A stretch of DNA of 64,000 nt, taken from an uncultured Gemmatimonadales bacterium (GTDB taxonomy: Bacteria; Gemmatimonadota; Gemmatimonadetes; Longimicrobiales; RSA9). Below, one piece after another: positions 10,710-21,046 of the stretch. Under the pieces are notes generated by a model. It made no database searches. It was not told where the DNA came from and saw nothing but the letters and a program-made list of their open reading frames with translations. The stretch lies in assembly GCA_963708135.1 (NCBI GenBank), contig OY970192.1, forward strand, positions 3,328,001-3,392,000, given 5' to 3'. Position 1 is the first letter of the stretch. Every line of letters starts with the position of its first letter. The translations under genes were made by a program, and so were the position numbers.

Positions 10710-11008
10710 GATCACCTCTCGGCGCGGATGGATCTCGAGACTGCCCGCCCCATGGGGAAGCAGGCCGGGTGCCAGACGCCTGGCGCTGCTGGGACTCCTT
10801 GCCGGGCAGCGGTTCCCGTCAATCGCGAGGATGGGGCCGCGCCGCGTGGGTGTCCCCGTGATGGGACGTATTCGCGTCCCACCGCGGCGCCAGGGCCGGT
10901 TGCGCGCGGCGGTCCGGGCACGTAGAACGAGGCACCCGTCGCGGCAGGACGGCGGAACGTGCTCCGGTCCGCCGCCGCGGACGGAGTCAACCAGGATGGA
11001 GAGCGGCG

Positions 11009-11395
11009 ATGAACACGGTGGTGACGGCGACGCGGATGCTGATCCGGCTGGACGGGCTGGCCCTGCTGGTGCTGGGCGTGCTGATCTGGACGGGCACGGC
11101 CGCGGGGCTGGTGGGGATCCACATCATGCTCGGCTTCCTGCTCGTGCTGCTCATGTGGACGCTGGCGGGGCTGGGCGCGTGGGCGGGGGTCGGCACGGGG
11201 CAGGTCCTGGTGCTGGCGGTCTGGGCGCTGGTGATGCCGGCGTTCGGCCTCGTGCAGCGGACGCTGCACCCCGGGCCGGGGCACTGGGTGATCGCGGTCG
11301 TCCACCTGCTGATCGGCCTGGCCGCGCTGGGCCTCGCGGAAGGGCTCGGCGCGCGCACCCGGCGGCGGGTGCTGCCGGGGTCGGCGGGTCCCTGA
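11009..11395 (+). CDS. Four-TM membrane protein with intramembrane His residues
   Basis: GGAG RBS; four hydrophobic segments with GIHIMLG and VVHLLIG. Confidence 0.75.
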   Translation: MNTVVTATRMLIRLDGLALLVLGVLIWTGTAAGLVGIHIMLGFLLVLLMWTLAGLGAWAGVGTGQVLVLAVWALVMPAFGLVQRTLHPGPGHWVIAVVHLLIGLAALGLAEGLGARTRRRVLPGSAGP

Positions 11396-11403
11396 GACGC
11401 GCG

Positions 11404-11433
11404 GCGGGCGGCGCCGGGTCAGGCGCCGCCCGC
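11404..11433. terminator. GC-rich hairpin between convergent genes
   Basis: GCGGGCGGCGCC-GGGTCA-GGCGCCGCCCGC, a perfect 12-bp stem without a clear U-tract. Confidence 0.45.
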
Positions 11434-11441
11434 TTACCGCC

Positions 11442-12134
11442 TCAGCCGGCGAAGCAGTAGTTGGCGCCCTTTTCCTGGGCGAGCCCGACGGCGAGCACGC
11501 CCGACGGGACGAGCTGGACGCCCGGCAGCAGGTGGTCGACCCAGTCCTGGTGGATCTTGGCCGCGTCGCCGCCGGTCTTCTTGGCGACCGCCGCGGCGTC
11601 GACCGTGAGCGCCATGTTGCAGACGCCCACGAGCACGCCGGTGTCGATCAGGCGGGTGACGCCAATGTCGGGCAGCGGCAGCCCCTTGATGTCCGCGTAG
11701 ATATTGCGCCTGGCGGGCTTGCCGTTCTCCTCGATCTTCAGGTCCTCGCCGAACGGGTACTTGGCCCACATCGCGTCCTGGAGTCCGAGCGCGGCCGACT
11801 CGTGCCGCAGGACCAGCACGGCCGTGGCGTCCTTGGCGGCGCCCGGGTAGGTCTGGTCCAGCGTCAGCAGGTAGACGCGGGGCCAGACCGCGGGGAGCCC
11901 GCCGTGGGGCGCGGGCGAGTCGAAGACGATCTTGTGCGTGCCCTTGATGCGCTCGAGCCACGCATCCAGAGAGGGGTCGGCCGCGCCGCGCAGCGGACTC
12001 GTGACGCCCGGCTTCGTGCGCCCGTGGGTGGCGGGCGCGAAGCCGGCGAGTCCCGTGAAGCCGAGCGCGGCGGCGGCGCCGAGGCGCCCGATGAAGCCGC
12101 GCCGATGGGTCGTCGGGCGAGCGGGATCGGACAT
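11442..12134 (-). CDS. Tat-exported DsrE-like protein
   Basis: AGGAGGAG RBS; HRRGFIGRL twin-arginine leader; HKIVFD, GVCNMAL, LVPSGVLAVGLAQEKG. Confidence 0.75.
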   Translation of the reverse strand: MSDPARPTTHRRGFIGRLGAAAALGFTGLAGFAPATHGRTKPGVTSPLRGAADPSLDAWLERIKGTHKIVFDSPAPHGGLPAVWPRVYLLTLDQTYPGAAKDATAVLVLRHESAALGLQDAMWAKYPFGEDLKIEENGKPARRNIYADIKGLPLPDIGVTRLIDTGVLVGVCNMALTVDAAAVAKKTGGDAAKIHQDWVDHLLPGVQLVPSGVLAVGLAQEKGANYCFAG

Positions 12135-12332
12135 TGTGCTCCTCCTTTGTGGGGGGACGCATTGGGGGGTCCGGTACGTCGTCGCAGGCTTTCAGGAATT
12201 ACACGCGCGGGCGTTCGTGTCAATGCGGACGATTTTCGGCAGGTGACGGCCCCTTTGCCCGCGCACCCGCCACGGCTTACGTTGGCGTGCGGCTGTCCCG
12301 CCGCGAACCCATCCGAACAACGGAAGGCCACG

Positions 12333-14834
12333 ATGCCCGAACGCCACGCCCTCCTGCGTCCCGTCCCGCTGCTCCTCCTGGCGACGTCTCTGCTCGCCGC
12401 GCCGCCGGCGCTCTCCGCGCAGGGCGCGGGGGCGAGTTCGTCGCCTCCCTCGATTGCGGACAAGACGCGCGGCATGGAGAAGCGCGACGGGCTGTTTCCG
12501 CTGTACTGGGACTCGGCCACGGGCAGGGTCTTCCTGGAGATCCCGCACCTGGACCGGCAGTACCTCTACGTGGAGGCGCTGCCGTGGGGCATGGGCTCCA
12601 ACGACATCGGGCTGGACCGCGGCCAGGAGGGGCAGGAGAAGCTGGTGGAGTTCCACCGCTCGGGGCCGAAGATCCTCATGGTGCAGCCGAACCTCGACTA
12701 CCGCGCCGAGACCGAGAATGCGGCGGAGCGGCGCGCGATCGAGCAGTCGTTCGCGCGCTCCGTCATCTGGGGCTTCAAGGTGGCGGCGGAGACGGACGGG
12801 CGGGTGCTCGTGGACGCCACGGACTTCGCCGTGCGCGACGTGCACGACGTGGTGGGCGCGCTCAAGCGCTCGAACCAGGGCGCCTACCACCTCGACCGCG
12901 ACCGCAGCGCCATCTACCTGCCCGACACGCGGGCGTTCCCCCGCAACACCGTCATCGAGGCGACGCTGACCTACGAGGGCGACGCGCCCGGGCGCTGGGT
13001 CCGCGACGTGACGCCGACGCCCACGGCCATCACGCTGCGCGAGCGCGTGGAGCTGGTCGAGCTGCCGGGCCCCGGCTTCCACGAGGTCAGGAACACCCCC
13101 GGCGCCGGCTATTTCGGGATCACCTACGACAACTACGCCGCGCCGCTCGGGCACCCGATGACGGAGCGCTTCATCACCAAGCACCGGCTCGAGAAGAAGG
13201 ACCCGGCGGCGGCCGTGAGCGAGCCCGTCCAGCCGATCGTCTATTACCTGGACCCGGGCGTGCCGGAGCCGATCCGCTCCGCGCTGCTGCGCGGCGTCGG
13301 CTGGTGGAACCAGGCCTTCGAGGCCGCCGGCTTCCGCAACGCCTTCCGCGTCGAGATGCTGCCCGACAGCGCCGACCCGCTCGACATCCGCTACAACGTC
13401 GTCGAGTGGGTGCACCGCGCCACGCGCGGCTGGAGCTACGGCGGCTCCATCGTGGATCCGCGCACGGGCGAGATCATCCAGGGCCACGTCACGCTCGGCT
13501 CGCTGCGCGCGCGCCAGGACTACCTGATCGGCCGCGGCCTCATCGGCCCCTACCACGGCGACGACGCCGACACCGCCCGCATCGCGCGCATGGTGCTCGC
13601 CCGCATGAGCCAGCTCGGCGCCCACGAGACCGGCCACACCCTCGGCCTGGCCCACAACTACATCGCCAGCACCGAGGGCCGCGCCTCCGTCATGGACTAC
13701 CCGTACATGGACGTGAAGCTGGCGCCCGACGGCTCGCTCGACCTCTCGGACGCCTACGCCAGCGGGATCGGCGCCTGGGACAAGGTCACCATCGCCTACG
13801 GCTACTCCGTCTTCCCGCCCGGCGTGAACGACGACTCCGCGCGCATGGCCATCCTGGCCGATGCGCGCGCGCACGGCATCACCTTCCTCACCGACCAGGA
13901 CGCCCGGCCGACCGGCTCCGTGCACCCCCGGGTCCACCTCTGGGACAACGGCACCGACGCCGCCGCCGAGCTCGAGCGGCTGATCCGCGTGCGCGCCGCG
14001 GCGCTCGACCGCTTCGGCGAGACCTCGATCCGCCAGGGCATGCCCGTCGCCACCATGGAGGAGGCCCTCGTACCGATCTACCTGTTCCACCGCTACCAGG
14101 TCGAGGCCGCCGCCAAGGTCGTGGGCGGCGAGTCCTACGACTACGCGCTCCGCGGCGACGGGCAGACGCCGATGCGGCGTGTCCCCGGCCCCGAGCAGCA
14201 CCAGGCGCTGGCCGCGCTCATGCACACCCTCTCGCCCGCCGTGCTGGCGCTGCCCCGCTCCATCGTGGACCGGCTCCCGCCCCGCCCGTTCCTCTATCCC
14301 GCGCACCGCGAGCTCTTCGAGCGCTACACCGGCCTCGCCTTCGACCCCGTCGCGCCGGCCCGCGTGGCCGCGGACCTGACCGTCTCCATGCTGCTCCAGC
14401 CGCAGCGGGCCGCCCGCCTGGTCGAGCAGCACGCGCTCGACGCCTCGCTGCCCGGGCTCGCCCAGGTGCTGGACACGCTCGTCCAGGCCACGTTCGGCGC
14501 CCGCACCCGCCCGGGCTACGACGGCGCCGTCCAGCGGACCGTCCGCGACGTCGTGCTCCACGACCTGCTCTCCCTCGGCGCGGGCGCCCCGATGCCCGAC
14601 GTGCGTGCCCAGGTCCTCTACCGCGTCCAGGCGCTCCGCCGCCGCCTGGCCGCCGCCGCCCCCGGCGCGCCCGAGCAGGACCGCGCCCAGGCCGCCCTCA
14701 TGGTGAACGAGATCGACCGCTTCGTGAAGGACCCGACCCCCTTCGCCAAGCCCGCGGCGGCGCTCGAGATCCCGCCCGGCAGCCCGATCGGGCAGGCAAT
14801 GCTCGATTATCTCCGGGAGTATGCCGGCTGGTAG
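12333..14834 (+). CDS. Secreted zinc-dependent metalloprotease (EcxA/DUF5117-DUF4953-like)
   Basis: Signal peptide; WNQAFEAAGF, DPRTGEII, HETGHTLGLAH (HExxHxxGxxH), SVMDY Met-turn. Confidence 0.92.
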   Translation: MPERHALLRPVPLLLLATSLLAAPPALSAQGAGASSSPPSIADKTRGMEKRDGLFPLYWDSATGRVFLEIPHLDRQYLYVEALPWGMGSNDIGLDRGQEGQEKLVEFHRSGPKILMVQPNLDYRAETENAAERRAIEQSFARSVIWGFKVAAETDGRVLVDATDFAVRDVHDVVGALKRSNQGAYHLDRDRSAIYLPDTRAFPRNTVIEATLTYEGDAPGRWVRDVTPTPTAITLRERVELVELPGPGFHEVRNTPGAGYFGITYDNYAAPLGHPMTERFITKHRLEKKDPAAAVSEPVQPIVYYLDPGVPEPIRSALLRGVGWWNQAFEAAGFRNAFRVEMLPDSADPLDIRYNVVEWVHRATRGWSYGGSIVDPRTGEIIQGHVTLGSLRARQDYLIGRGLIGPYHGDDADTARIARMVLARMSQLGAHETGHTLGLAHNYIASTEGRASVMDYPYMDVKLAPDGSLDLSDAYASGIGAWDKVTIAYGYSVFPPGVNDDSARMAILADARAHGITFLTDQDARPTGSVHPRVHLWDNGTDAAAELERLIRVRAAALDRFGETSIRQGMPVATMEEALVPIYLFHRYQVEAAAKVVGGESYDYALRGDGQTPMRRVPGPEQHQALAALMHTLSPAVLALPRSIVDRLPPRPFLYPAHRELFERYTGLAFDPVAPARVAADLTVSMLLQPQRAARLVEQHALDASLPGLAQVLDTLVQATFGARTRPGYDGAVQRTVRDVVLHDLLSLGAGAPMPDVRAQVLYRVQALRRRLAAAAPGAPEQDRAQAALMVNEIDRFVKDPTPFAKPAAALEIPPGSPIGQAMLDYLREYAGW

Positions 14835-14934
14835 CGGGATGCGTGTTTGGGGGGGGCGGGATGCGGGAATGGGAGGGTGCCACCCGGTTGAGCGCAACCC
14901 CGCCGCCAGCCTCGGGGACCCTCCCCCCGCACCC

Positions 14935-15095
14935 CGTGCCGCAGTCCGTCGTGCCGCAGTTCCGTCGTGCCGCAGTCCGTCGTGCCGCAGTTCCGTCGTG
15001 CCGCAGTCCGTCGTGCCGCAGTCTGTCGTGCCGCAGTCCGTCGTGCCGCAGTCCGTCGTGCCGCAGTCCGTCGTGCCGCAGTCCGTCGTGCCGCA
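14935..15095 (+). repeat. 15-bp tandem repeat (CGTGCCGCAGTCCGT), ~10 copies
   Basis: Near-perfect units, two with an extra T; intergenic. Confidence 0.95.
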
Positions 15096-15405
15096 CCGCC
15101 CCACCGCACCCTTGTACCGCCGCGTCTCCCCCTCCCTGGGGGGGGACTTCCGGGATGACGTGTGCCTGCGGCGCAACTCGGCTTGGGGACCGGCGTCCGG
15201 ATCGGCCTGGCGGCTGGCGTCATGGCGACGCCGGGTCCGCCCCCTGCGCCTGACGGCGCCGCCGTTGCCCCCTTCCACCGCCACCTCCGCTTTCGCGCCC
15301 CCGCCCCGTAGCATCCAGGGGTCCGGGGGAACTCAGGGGCGGCGCGAAAAGCACGGCGCGATTCGCGGGCGGGCTCGAGGACGGGCCGACCCGGGCCGGG
15401 GGGAG

Positions 15406-15584
15406 CGAGCAAGATCGGGGTGTGGACCTCTCCGTGAGGATCGGAACCCCTCTTCTTATCGGGATTCGAGAAGAAAGGCGCAGTGGCCGCCTCTCGGCGA
15501 CACCGCGACCGCCATCTTGCTCGATTTCCGGGATGATTCGGGATCTGGGCGGTTTGGCGCCCGTCCATTGGGCGATCTTGATCG
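15406..15584 (+). repeat. 179-bp triple-palindrome dispersed element, family B, copy 1
   Basis: Starts CGAGCAAGAT; TYYTRVTCG-type arms begin at 15453, 15515, 15576 (62/61 spacing); colinear with 56348-56526 and 59012-59190. Confidence 0.8.
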
Positions 15585-15632
15585 CGCCGCGAGCGCTGTT
15601 GTGGGCCGATGAGCCGCTCTGCCGCCCGCGAG

Positions 15633-15811
15633 GGCAGGAAAGTCCCCACCCTTCCGTCGCGGAATGGACGCTTGGGGACTTGACTGCGAATAGCGCGGCA
15701 AAGTCCCCAATCGTTCCGATCGGCCTCCGACGCTTGGGGAGTTGACAACGAATAGCGCGGTCAACTCCCCAAACGCCTTCGCGGGGGGGTACGGCTGGGG
15801 AGTTCACGGCC
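15633..15811 (-). repeat. 179-bp triple-palindrome dispersed element, family A, copy 2
   Basis: Reverse complement of the 5185-5363 element; same length, arms conserved, inner segments diverged. Confidence 0.92.
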
Positions 15812-15843
15812 GCCGCACGCAGCCGCCGCCCGCGCGAACCGCA

Positions 15844-16350
15844 CCAGCCCCGGCTCCCACCCGCGCGCGGACGAGGGGCTGCCGGCCTGGATGACCGTGC
15901 CCGCGCCAGCCCCGGCTCCCACCCGCGCGCGGACGAGGGCTGCTCATCGCCGCGGCGGCCACCGTCCCCGCCCCGGCCCGCGCCCGCGCGCGGAAGAGTC
16001 TGCTGCGCCCGCGCGGCTTCGACGACGTCCACCCCGGTCCGCGGCCGCGCGGGGAAGAGGCGGCCGCAGTGTTGCGGGCAACCGAAACGACGCGCGCCCG
16101 CGCCCGCGCGGGGAAGAGCGGGTCCGCCCCCTGCGCCAGCAACGTCCGCACCCCGCGCCCGCGCCCGCGCGGGGAAGAGGTCAGCCGGATCGCCGCAGTG
16201 CGCGTCGGTGCGCCCGCGCCCGCGCCCGCGCGGGGAAGAGGGAGGAGGTCGTGAGCCGCGAGGACGCGCTAGACCCGCGCCCGCGCGGGGAAGAGGGAGG
16301 AGATGGTGAGCCGCGAGGACGCGCTGGACCCGCGCCCGCGCGGGGAAGAG
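15844..16350 (-). CRISPR. Degenerate orphan CRISPR-like array (type I-E-like geometry), 9 repeats
   Basis: The + strand motif CCCGCGCCCGCGCGGGGAAGAG (or variants) ends at 15875, 15937, 15998, 16059, 16118, 16179, 16240, 16295, 16350 (spacings 62,61,61,59,61,61,55,55); intervening sequences are mostly unique; the minus strand CTCTTCCCCGCGCG resembles the 5' part of I-E repeats. No cas genes in the window. Confidence 0.5.
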
Positions 16351-16592
16351 GGCGGGGGCGGCGGCGGGTCGGGCCCGGCGGGGAGTCGTGAGCCCGCGGC
16401 GCGCCGCGCGCCTCCGCCAACGGAAGCCGGCGCGGCCGGGCGGCAGCCCCCTCGAGCCCCGAGCCCCGAGCCCCCAGCCCCGAGCCCGAGCCCGAGCCCG
16501 AGCCCCGCCCCCGACCCGTCCGTTCAGTCCGGCCGGGCGCACCGATCGGCCCCGGCCGTCGCTGGCTCGGGCAGGCCGATGCGAGACGCACT

Positions 16593-18512
16593 TCAGTACT
16601 TCACCGTCCACCGGTCGTTCGACGTGTCGGCGTCCATCCAGATCCCGCCGTCGAGGGTGAGCGACTGGAGCGTCTTGCCGGTATGCACGGTGACGGTGGC
16701 CTTGGCCTGGTCGGGCGCCCAGATGGCGGGGGTCTCGTGCACGGTCTCGGTGGTGCCGTCGCCGTAGGTGAGGACGAGGTTCACGGGCGCGGGCATCCCG
16801 CCGACGTTCTCGAGGCTCACGGTATAGCCGCCGCTGGTCTTCTTCACCCCGCGGACGGCCAGGTCGATGTAGCCGTTGGAGAAGAACCAGTCGCGCCAGA
16901 ACCAGTCCAGGCCGCGGCTGGCCACGCCGTCGAACGTGTAGAAGAAGTCCCACGGCTGCGGGTGCTTGCCGTTCCAGCGCGCGATGTACGCCCGCAGGCA
17001 CTGCTTGAAGAGCCGGTCGCCGAGCAGGTCCTTCATGGCCAGGTAGCCGAGCGCCGCCTTGCCGTAGGCGTTGTCGCCGTAGGCGACCCCGCCCAGCACG
17101 TCCGCCGGCGTCACGATCGGCAGGTCGGATAGCGGCGAGGGGTTGTGGATCCAGCGGTTCACGCGGAAGCTCCGGAACAGCGACGTCGCCTTCGGCAGCC
17201 CCATGTCGGCGCTGTTGATGAGATACTCGAACGTCGTCGCCCAGCCCTCGTCCATGAACGCGTAGCGGGTCTCGTCGATGCCCATGTAGAACGGCATGTA
17301 GGTGTGCGCGATCTCGTGGTCGGCCACGAAGCGCGAGAAGCTGGTGTCCGGCACGGAGCCGTCGTTCACCATCATCGGATACTCCATGTCCGCGCTTCCC
17401 TGCACGATGGTGCTCTTCGGGTACGGGTACGGCACGCCCGGCCAGTTGTGGGAGAACCAGTCCAGCGCGTGCTCCCCGAAGCCGACCATGTAGTGGAAGT
17501 CCTCGGCGCTGTCGTCGTAGGCCGCCTGCACGCTCGCGCGCCGGTGCGCCGCCTCGTCCACCAGCACGCTGCCGGCGTCCCAGTCGTAGTGGTTCGACAG
17601 CGCGAAGGCCACGTCCGGCACGTAGCGCGACTCGAAGCGCCAGGCGTTGACGGAGTCCGGCTTCGTGACCTGCCCGCCGGCGAGCTGCGCCCCCGTCGCC
17701 ACGTGGATCGTGCCATCGGCGGTGAGCGAGCTCCGGTAGCGCGCGAGCGGCTCCGGCTGCAGCACGGCGGCCGCGTCGCCGAGCATCCCCGTCCCCCACA
17801 CCACGTAGTTCGCCGGCACGCGCACGGTGACGTCGTAGTCGTTGAAGTCGCTGTAGAACTCGTGCCCGGTGTGCTCCATGGTGTCCCACCCGTCCACGTC
17901 GTCGTAGACGGCGACGCGCGGGTAGAAGTACGCCAGGAAGTAGGTCGTGGAGTCGAGCATCCCCTCCCGCCCCGCCCGCTTCGAGACGTCGTAATGCCAG
18001 TCGAAGGCGAGGCGCACGGAGTCGTGGGGCGCAAGCGGCTGCGGCAGCTTCACGGACTGCCACGTCACCGACCGCCCGCTCTCCTTCCACTCCTGCGGCT
18101 GCCCGTTCACGGCGAAGCGGTCGATGTGCGTGCCGGACGTCAGGAAGTCGGGCGACGTCGCCCCCCCGCGCGCCGCGGTCGGGCGGTGGAAGTTCTCGAA
18201 CAGCTTGATCACGAGGCTCGGCAGCGTGTCCGGGCTGTCGTTCCGGTACACGATCTCCTCGCTCCCCGTGATCTGCCGGTCGGGCGGCATCGCGCTCACC
18301 GTGATCCGGTAGCGCGCGTGGTTCTCCCAGTACCGCGGCCCCGGCTCGCCGCTGAGCGTCCGGGTGCCCTTCGCCACCGCCTGCTTGAAGGTGCGCGGCA
18401 TGTAGAGGTGCTGCGCGGCGGCCGGCGCCGGCAGGAAGGCCAGGCCCAGCAGCGGCGGGAGCCAGCCTTGCCGGAAGCTGCGGCCCGCCGGCGCGGGGGA
18501 GGTGGTTGTCAT
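16593..18512 (-). CDS. M1 family metallopeptidase (secreted aminopeptidase)
   Basis: DMEYPM, HEIAH ... MDEG zinc motif, AYGK; signal peptide. Confidence 0.92.
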   Translation of the reverse strand: MTTTSPAPAGRSFRQGWLPPLLGLAFLPAPAAAQHLYMPRTFKQAVAKGTRTLSGEPGPRYWENHARYRITVSAMPPDRQITGSEEIVYRNDSPDTLPSLVIKLFENFHRPTAARGGATSPDFLTSGTHIDRFAVNGQPQEWKESGRSVTWQSVKLPQPLAPHDSVRLAFDWHYDVSKRAGREGMLDSTTYFLAYFYPRVAVYDDVDGWDTMEHTGHEFYSDFNDYDVTVRVPANYVVWGTGMLGDAAAVLQPEPLARYRSSLTADGTIHVATGAQLAGGQVTKPDSVNAWRFESRYVPDVAFALSNHYDWDAGSVLVDEAAHRRASVQAAYDDSAEDFHYMVGFGEHALDWFSHNWPGVPYPYPKSTIVQGSADMEYPMMVNDGSVPDTSFSRFVADHEIAHTYMPFYMGIDETRYAFMDEGWATTFEYLINSADMGLPKATSLFRSFRVNRWIHNPSPLSDLPIVTPADVLGGVAYGDNAYGKAALGYLAMKDLLGDRLFKQCLRAYIARWNGKHPQPWDFFYTFDGVASRGLDWFWRDWFFSNGYIDLAVRGVKKTSGGYTVSLENVGGMPAPVNLVLTYGDGTTETVHETPAIWAPDQAKATVTVHTGKTLQSLTLDGGIWMDADTSNDRWTVKY

Positions 18513-18773
18513 GGCGGGTCGTGCCTCTCCGTTCGCGGATCCCACTCGGTGCGATGGACGCCGGGCAACCTGGCCCGGGCCGGGCGTCCGCGCCAGCGGG
18601 CGCCGGCCCCCTATACGGCACCAGGCGCCGCGAGGATCCATGGCCGTCCGCGGCGGCGCGGAAGTCGGGGCGGGCGACGCGCGCCGGGCCGCGCCGTCGC
18701 TTGCCTCCCGCAGCCCGGAGCCCTACCCTCCGCCCCGGGCAACCCCGGAACCTCGCTGGTGGAGGGCAGGACC

Positions 18774-20465
18774 ATGCGCACCCCGCGGTGGAAGGCAGCG
18801 GCCCTCCTGGCCGGCCTGGTGATGCTGGCGACGTCGCCCGCGCACGTGCTCGCGCAGCGCCTGCCCCGGACGGTGCCGGAGCGCACCGGCTACGACAGCA
18901 CCTCGAGCACGCGCCAGGTGGCCGTCTTCCTCGACAGCCTGCTCGCCGCCGGCGCGCCGGTGACGCTCGGCAGCATGGGCCGCACGGCGGAGGGCCGTCC
19001 GCTCCTGCTGGCCATCGCCTCCGACCCGCGCGTGACGAGCCCCCGCGAGGCCGCCCGCTCCGGCAAGCTCGTGGTCTACATCCAGGCCAACATCCACGGC
19101 GGCGAGGTGGAGGGGAAGGAGGCGGTGCAGGAGCTGCTGCGCGAGATGGCGGGCCCGCGCCGCGAGCTGCTCTCGAAGCTGATCCTGCTCGTGGCGCCGG
19201 TCTACAACGCGGACGGCAACGACGCCCTCGGCCCCGTCGCCGAGAACCGGTCGGAGCAGGACGGGCCGCCGCTGGTGGGCCTCCGCCCCGACGGCCTGAA
19301 GCTGGACCTCAACCGCGACTACCTGAAGGCCGAGGCGCCCGAGACGCGCGCCTCCCTCGAGCGCATCTACGACACGTGGGATCCCGCGCTCATGATGGAC
19401 CTGCACACGACCGACGGCACGCTGCACGGCTACCTGCTCACCTACTCGCCGCCGCTCGAGCCGAACGGGCCGCCGGGGCCGATCGCCTTCGCGCAGGACA
19501 CGCTGCTCCCCGCCGTGCGCGCCACCATGCAGCGCCAGTACGGCGAGCCCGTCTTCCCCTACGGCAACGTGCGCGACCCGCTGCACCCGGAGGCGTGGAC
19601 GACCTACTCGCCGCTCGCGTGGTACGGCACCAACTACGTGGGCCTGCGCGGCCGCATCGCGATCCTCAGCGAGGCCTACTCGCACGCCGACTTCCGCACC
19701 CGCATCAAGGTCACCCACGACTTCGTCGTCACCGTGCTCGAGTACGCCGCGGCGCACGCGGACGAGATCCGTCGCCTGGAACAAGAGGCGGACCGGCGCA
19801 CCACCCTGGAGGGTGCAGGCGACGTCGCCCGCCCCGCGCTCGCGGTGGACTTCACGCCCGCCCGGCGTGGCACGGAGCCGGTGGTGCTGCGCCGCATGCG
19901 CGCTGCCGGCACGACACCCTCCGGGCGGCCCCGCCTCGAGCCGACGGACCGGCTGGACACGCTCCGCCTGCCGGTCTACGACCGCTTCGTGGCGTCGCGG
20001 ACGCAGACGTTGCCGGGCGGCTACATCCTGCCGCCCGCGGAAGGGCGCACGGCCGCCCTGCTCCGGCTGCACGGCATCCAGGTGCGGCGGCTGCTCGCCG
20101 CCTGGACCGGCGCCGGCCAGGTGTTCCGGATCGACAGCCTCGCGTGGGGCGGGGACGAGTTCCAGGGGCACCACCTGCTGGCCGTGCGCGGCGCCTGGGA
20201 CGCGGCCCGGCTGAGCGTGCCCGCCGGCGCCTACTACATCAGCACCGCGCAGCCGCTCGGCCGGCTCGTCTTCGCGCTGCTCGAGCCCGAGGCGTACGGC
20301 CTCCCCCGCTGGAACGTCTTCGACCGCCTGCTCGGCTCCGAGGAGGGCGCGCTCTCGGGGCTGGTCTACGGCTCGAACCCGCTCGGGACGTTCCCCGTCC
20401 AGCGCGTGGACCGCGACCCGCCGGTGCCGATGCGTACGCTCGGGCCGGGCGGACCCGAGCGCTGA
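18774..20465 (+). CDS. M14 family zinc carboxypeptidase
   Basis: GGAGG RBS; IHGGEVEG (HxxE), DLNRD, MDLHTTDG, LSE motifs. Confidence 0.9.
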   Translation: MRTPRWKAAALLAGLVMLATSPAHVLAQRLPRTVPERTGYDSTSSTRQVAVFLDSLLAAGAPVTLGSMGRTAEGRPLLLAIASDPRVTSPREAARSGKLVVYIQANIHGGEVEGKEAVQELLREMAGPRRELLSKLILLVAPVYNADGNDALGPVAENRSEQDGPPLVGLRPDGLKLDLNRDYLKAEAPETRASLERIYDTWDPALMMDLHTTDGTLHGYLLTYSPPLEPNGPPGPIAFAQDTLLPAVRATMQRQYGEPVFPYGNVRDPLHPEAWTTYSPLAWYGTNYVGLRGRIAILSEAYSHADFRTRIKVTHDFVVTVLEYAAAHADEIRRLEQEADRRTTLEGAGDVARPALAVDFTPARRGTEPVVLRRMRAAGTTPSGRPRLEPTDRLDTLRLPVYDRFVASRTQTLPGGYILPPAEGRTAALLRLHGIQVRRLLAAWTGAGQVFRIDSLAWGGDEFQGHHLLAVRGAWDAARLSVPAGAYYISTAQPLGRLVFALLEPEAYGLPRWNVFDRLLGSEEGALSGLVYGSNPLGTFPVQRVDRDPPVPMRTLGPGGPER

Positions 20466-20537
20466 CGGGCGGACGCGGGCGCCGAGGGCCGGGCCCGGGC
20501 GCCGAGGGACCGGCCCGGGCGCCGAGCGAACCGCCCC

Positions 20538-21008
20538 TCAGGACCGCTCGTCCCCGACCACCTCCGCGAGCGCATCGAGCAGCGGCGTCTGACCGGCCAG
20601 GATCCGGCGGCGCGCCTCGGCCAGGTCGAACCATTCCGCCCGGTCAACTTCCGGGAAGGAGCGCATCCTGCCGGAGCGCGGCGGCCACTCGATCGTGAAC
20701 TCGTTGCTGCGGAGCGCCGCCGGGTCCACGTCGGCCTCGACCGCCCAGGCGTGCACGAGCTTGCCGGCCTTCTGCCTCACCGAGCCGAGCGGCAGCGCCG
20801 TGCCCTCCGGCGCGCAGCCCGTCTCCTCGGCGAGCTCCCGCCGCGCCGCCGCCAGCGGATCCTCTCCCGGCGCCACCTCGCCCTTCGGGATCGACCACGC
20901 GCCCGCATCCTTCCGGGCCCAGAACGGCCCGCCCGGGTGCACCAGCAGCACCTCGAGGCCCGCCGCGGCCCGCCGGAAGAGGAGCAGGCCCGCGCTCACC
21001 GCGGCCAC
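20538..21008 (-). CDS. NUDIX hydrolase
   Basis: WSIPKGEVAPGEDPLAAARRELAEETG Nudix box; HPGGPFW and FPEVDRA family motifs. Confidence 0.92.
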   Translation of the reverse strand: MAAVSAGLLLFRRAAAGLEVLLVHPGGPFWARKDAGAWSIPKGEVAPGEDPLAAARRELAEETGCAPEGTALPLGSVRQKAGKLVHAWAVEADVDPAALRSNEFTIEWPPRSGRMRSFPEVDRAEWFDLAEARRRILAGQTPLLDALAEVVGDERS

Positions 21009-21046
21009 TCAGGTCCTCCCTCGGTCCGACGCATCGCGCTGGTCCA

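Noticed and set aside
14821..16767. Repeat-derived ORFs in the convergent intergenic region
   Set aside because: Their translations only mirror the DNA repeats, and the 62/61-bp units do not preserve frame individually.
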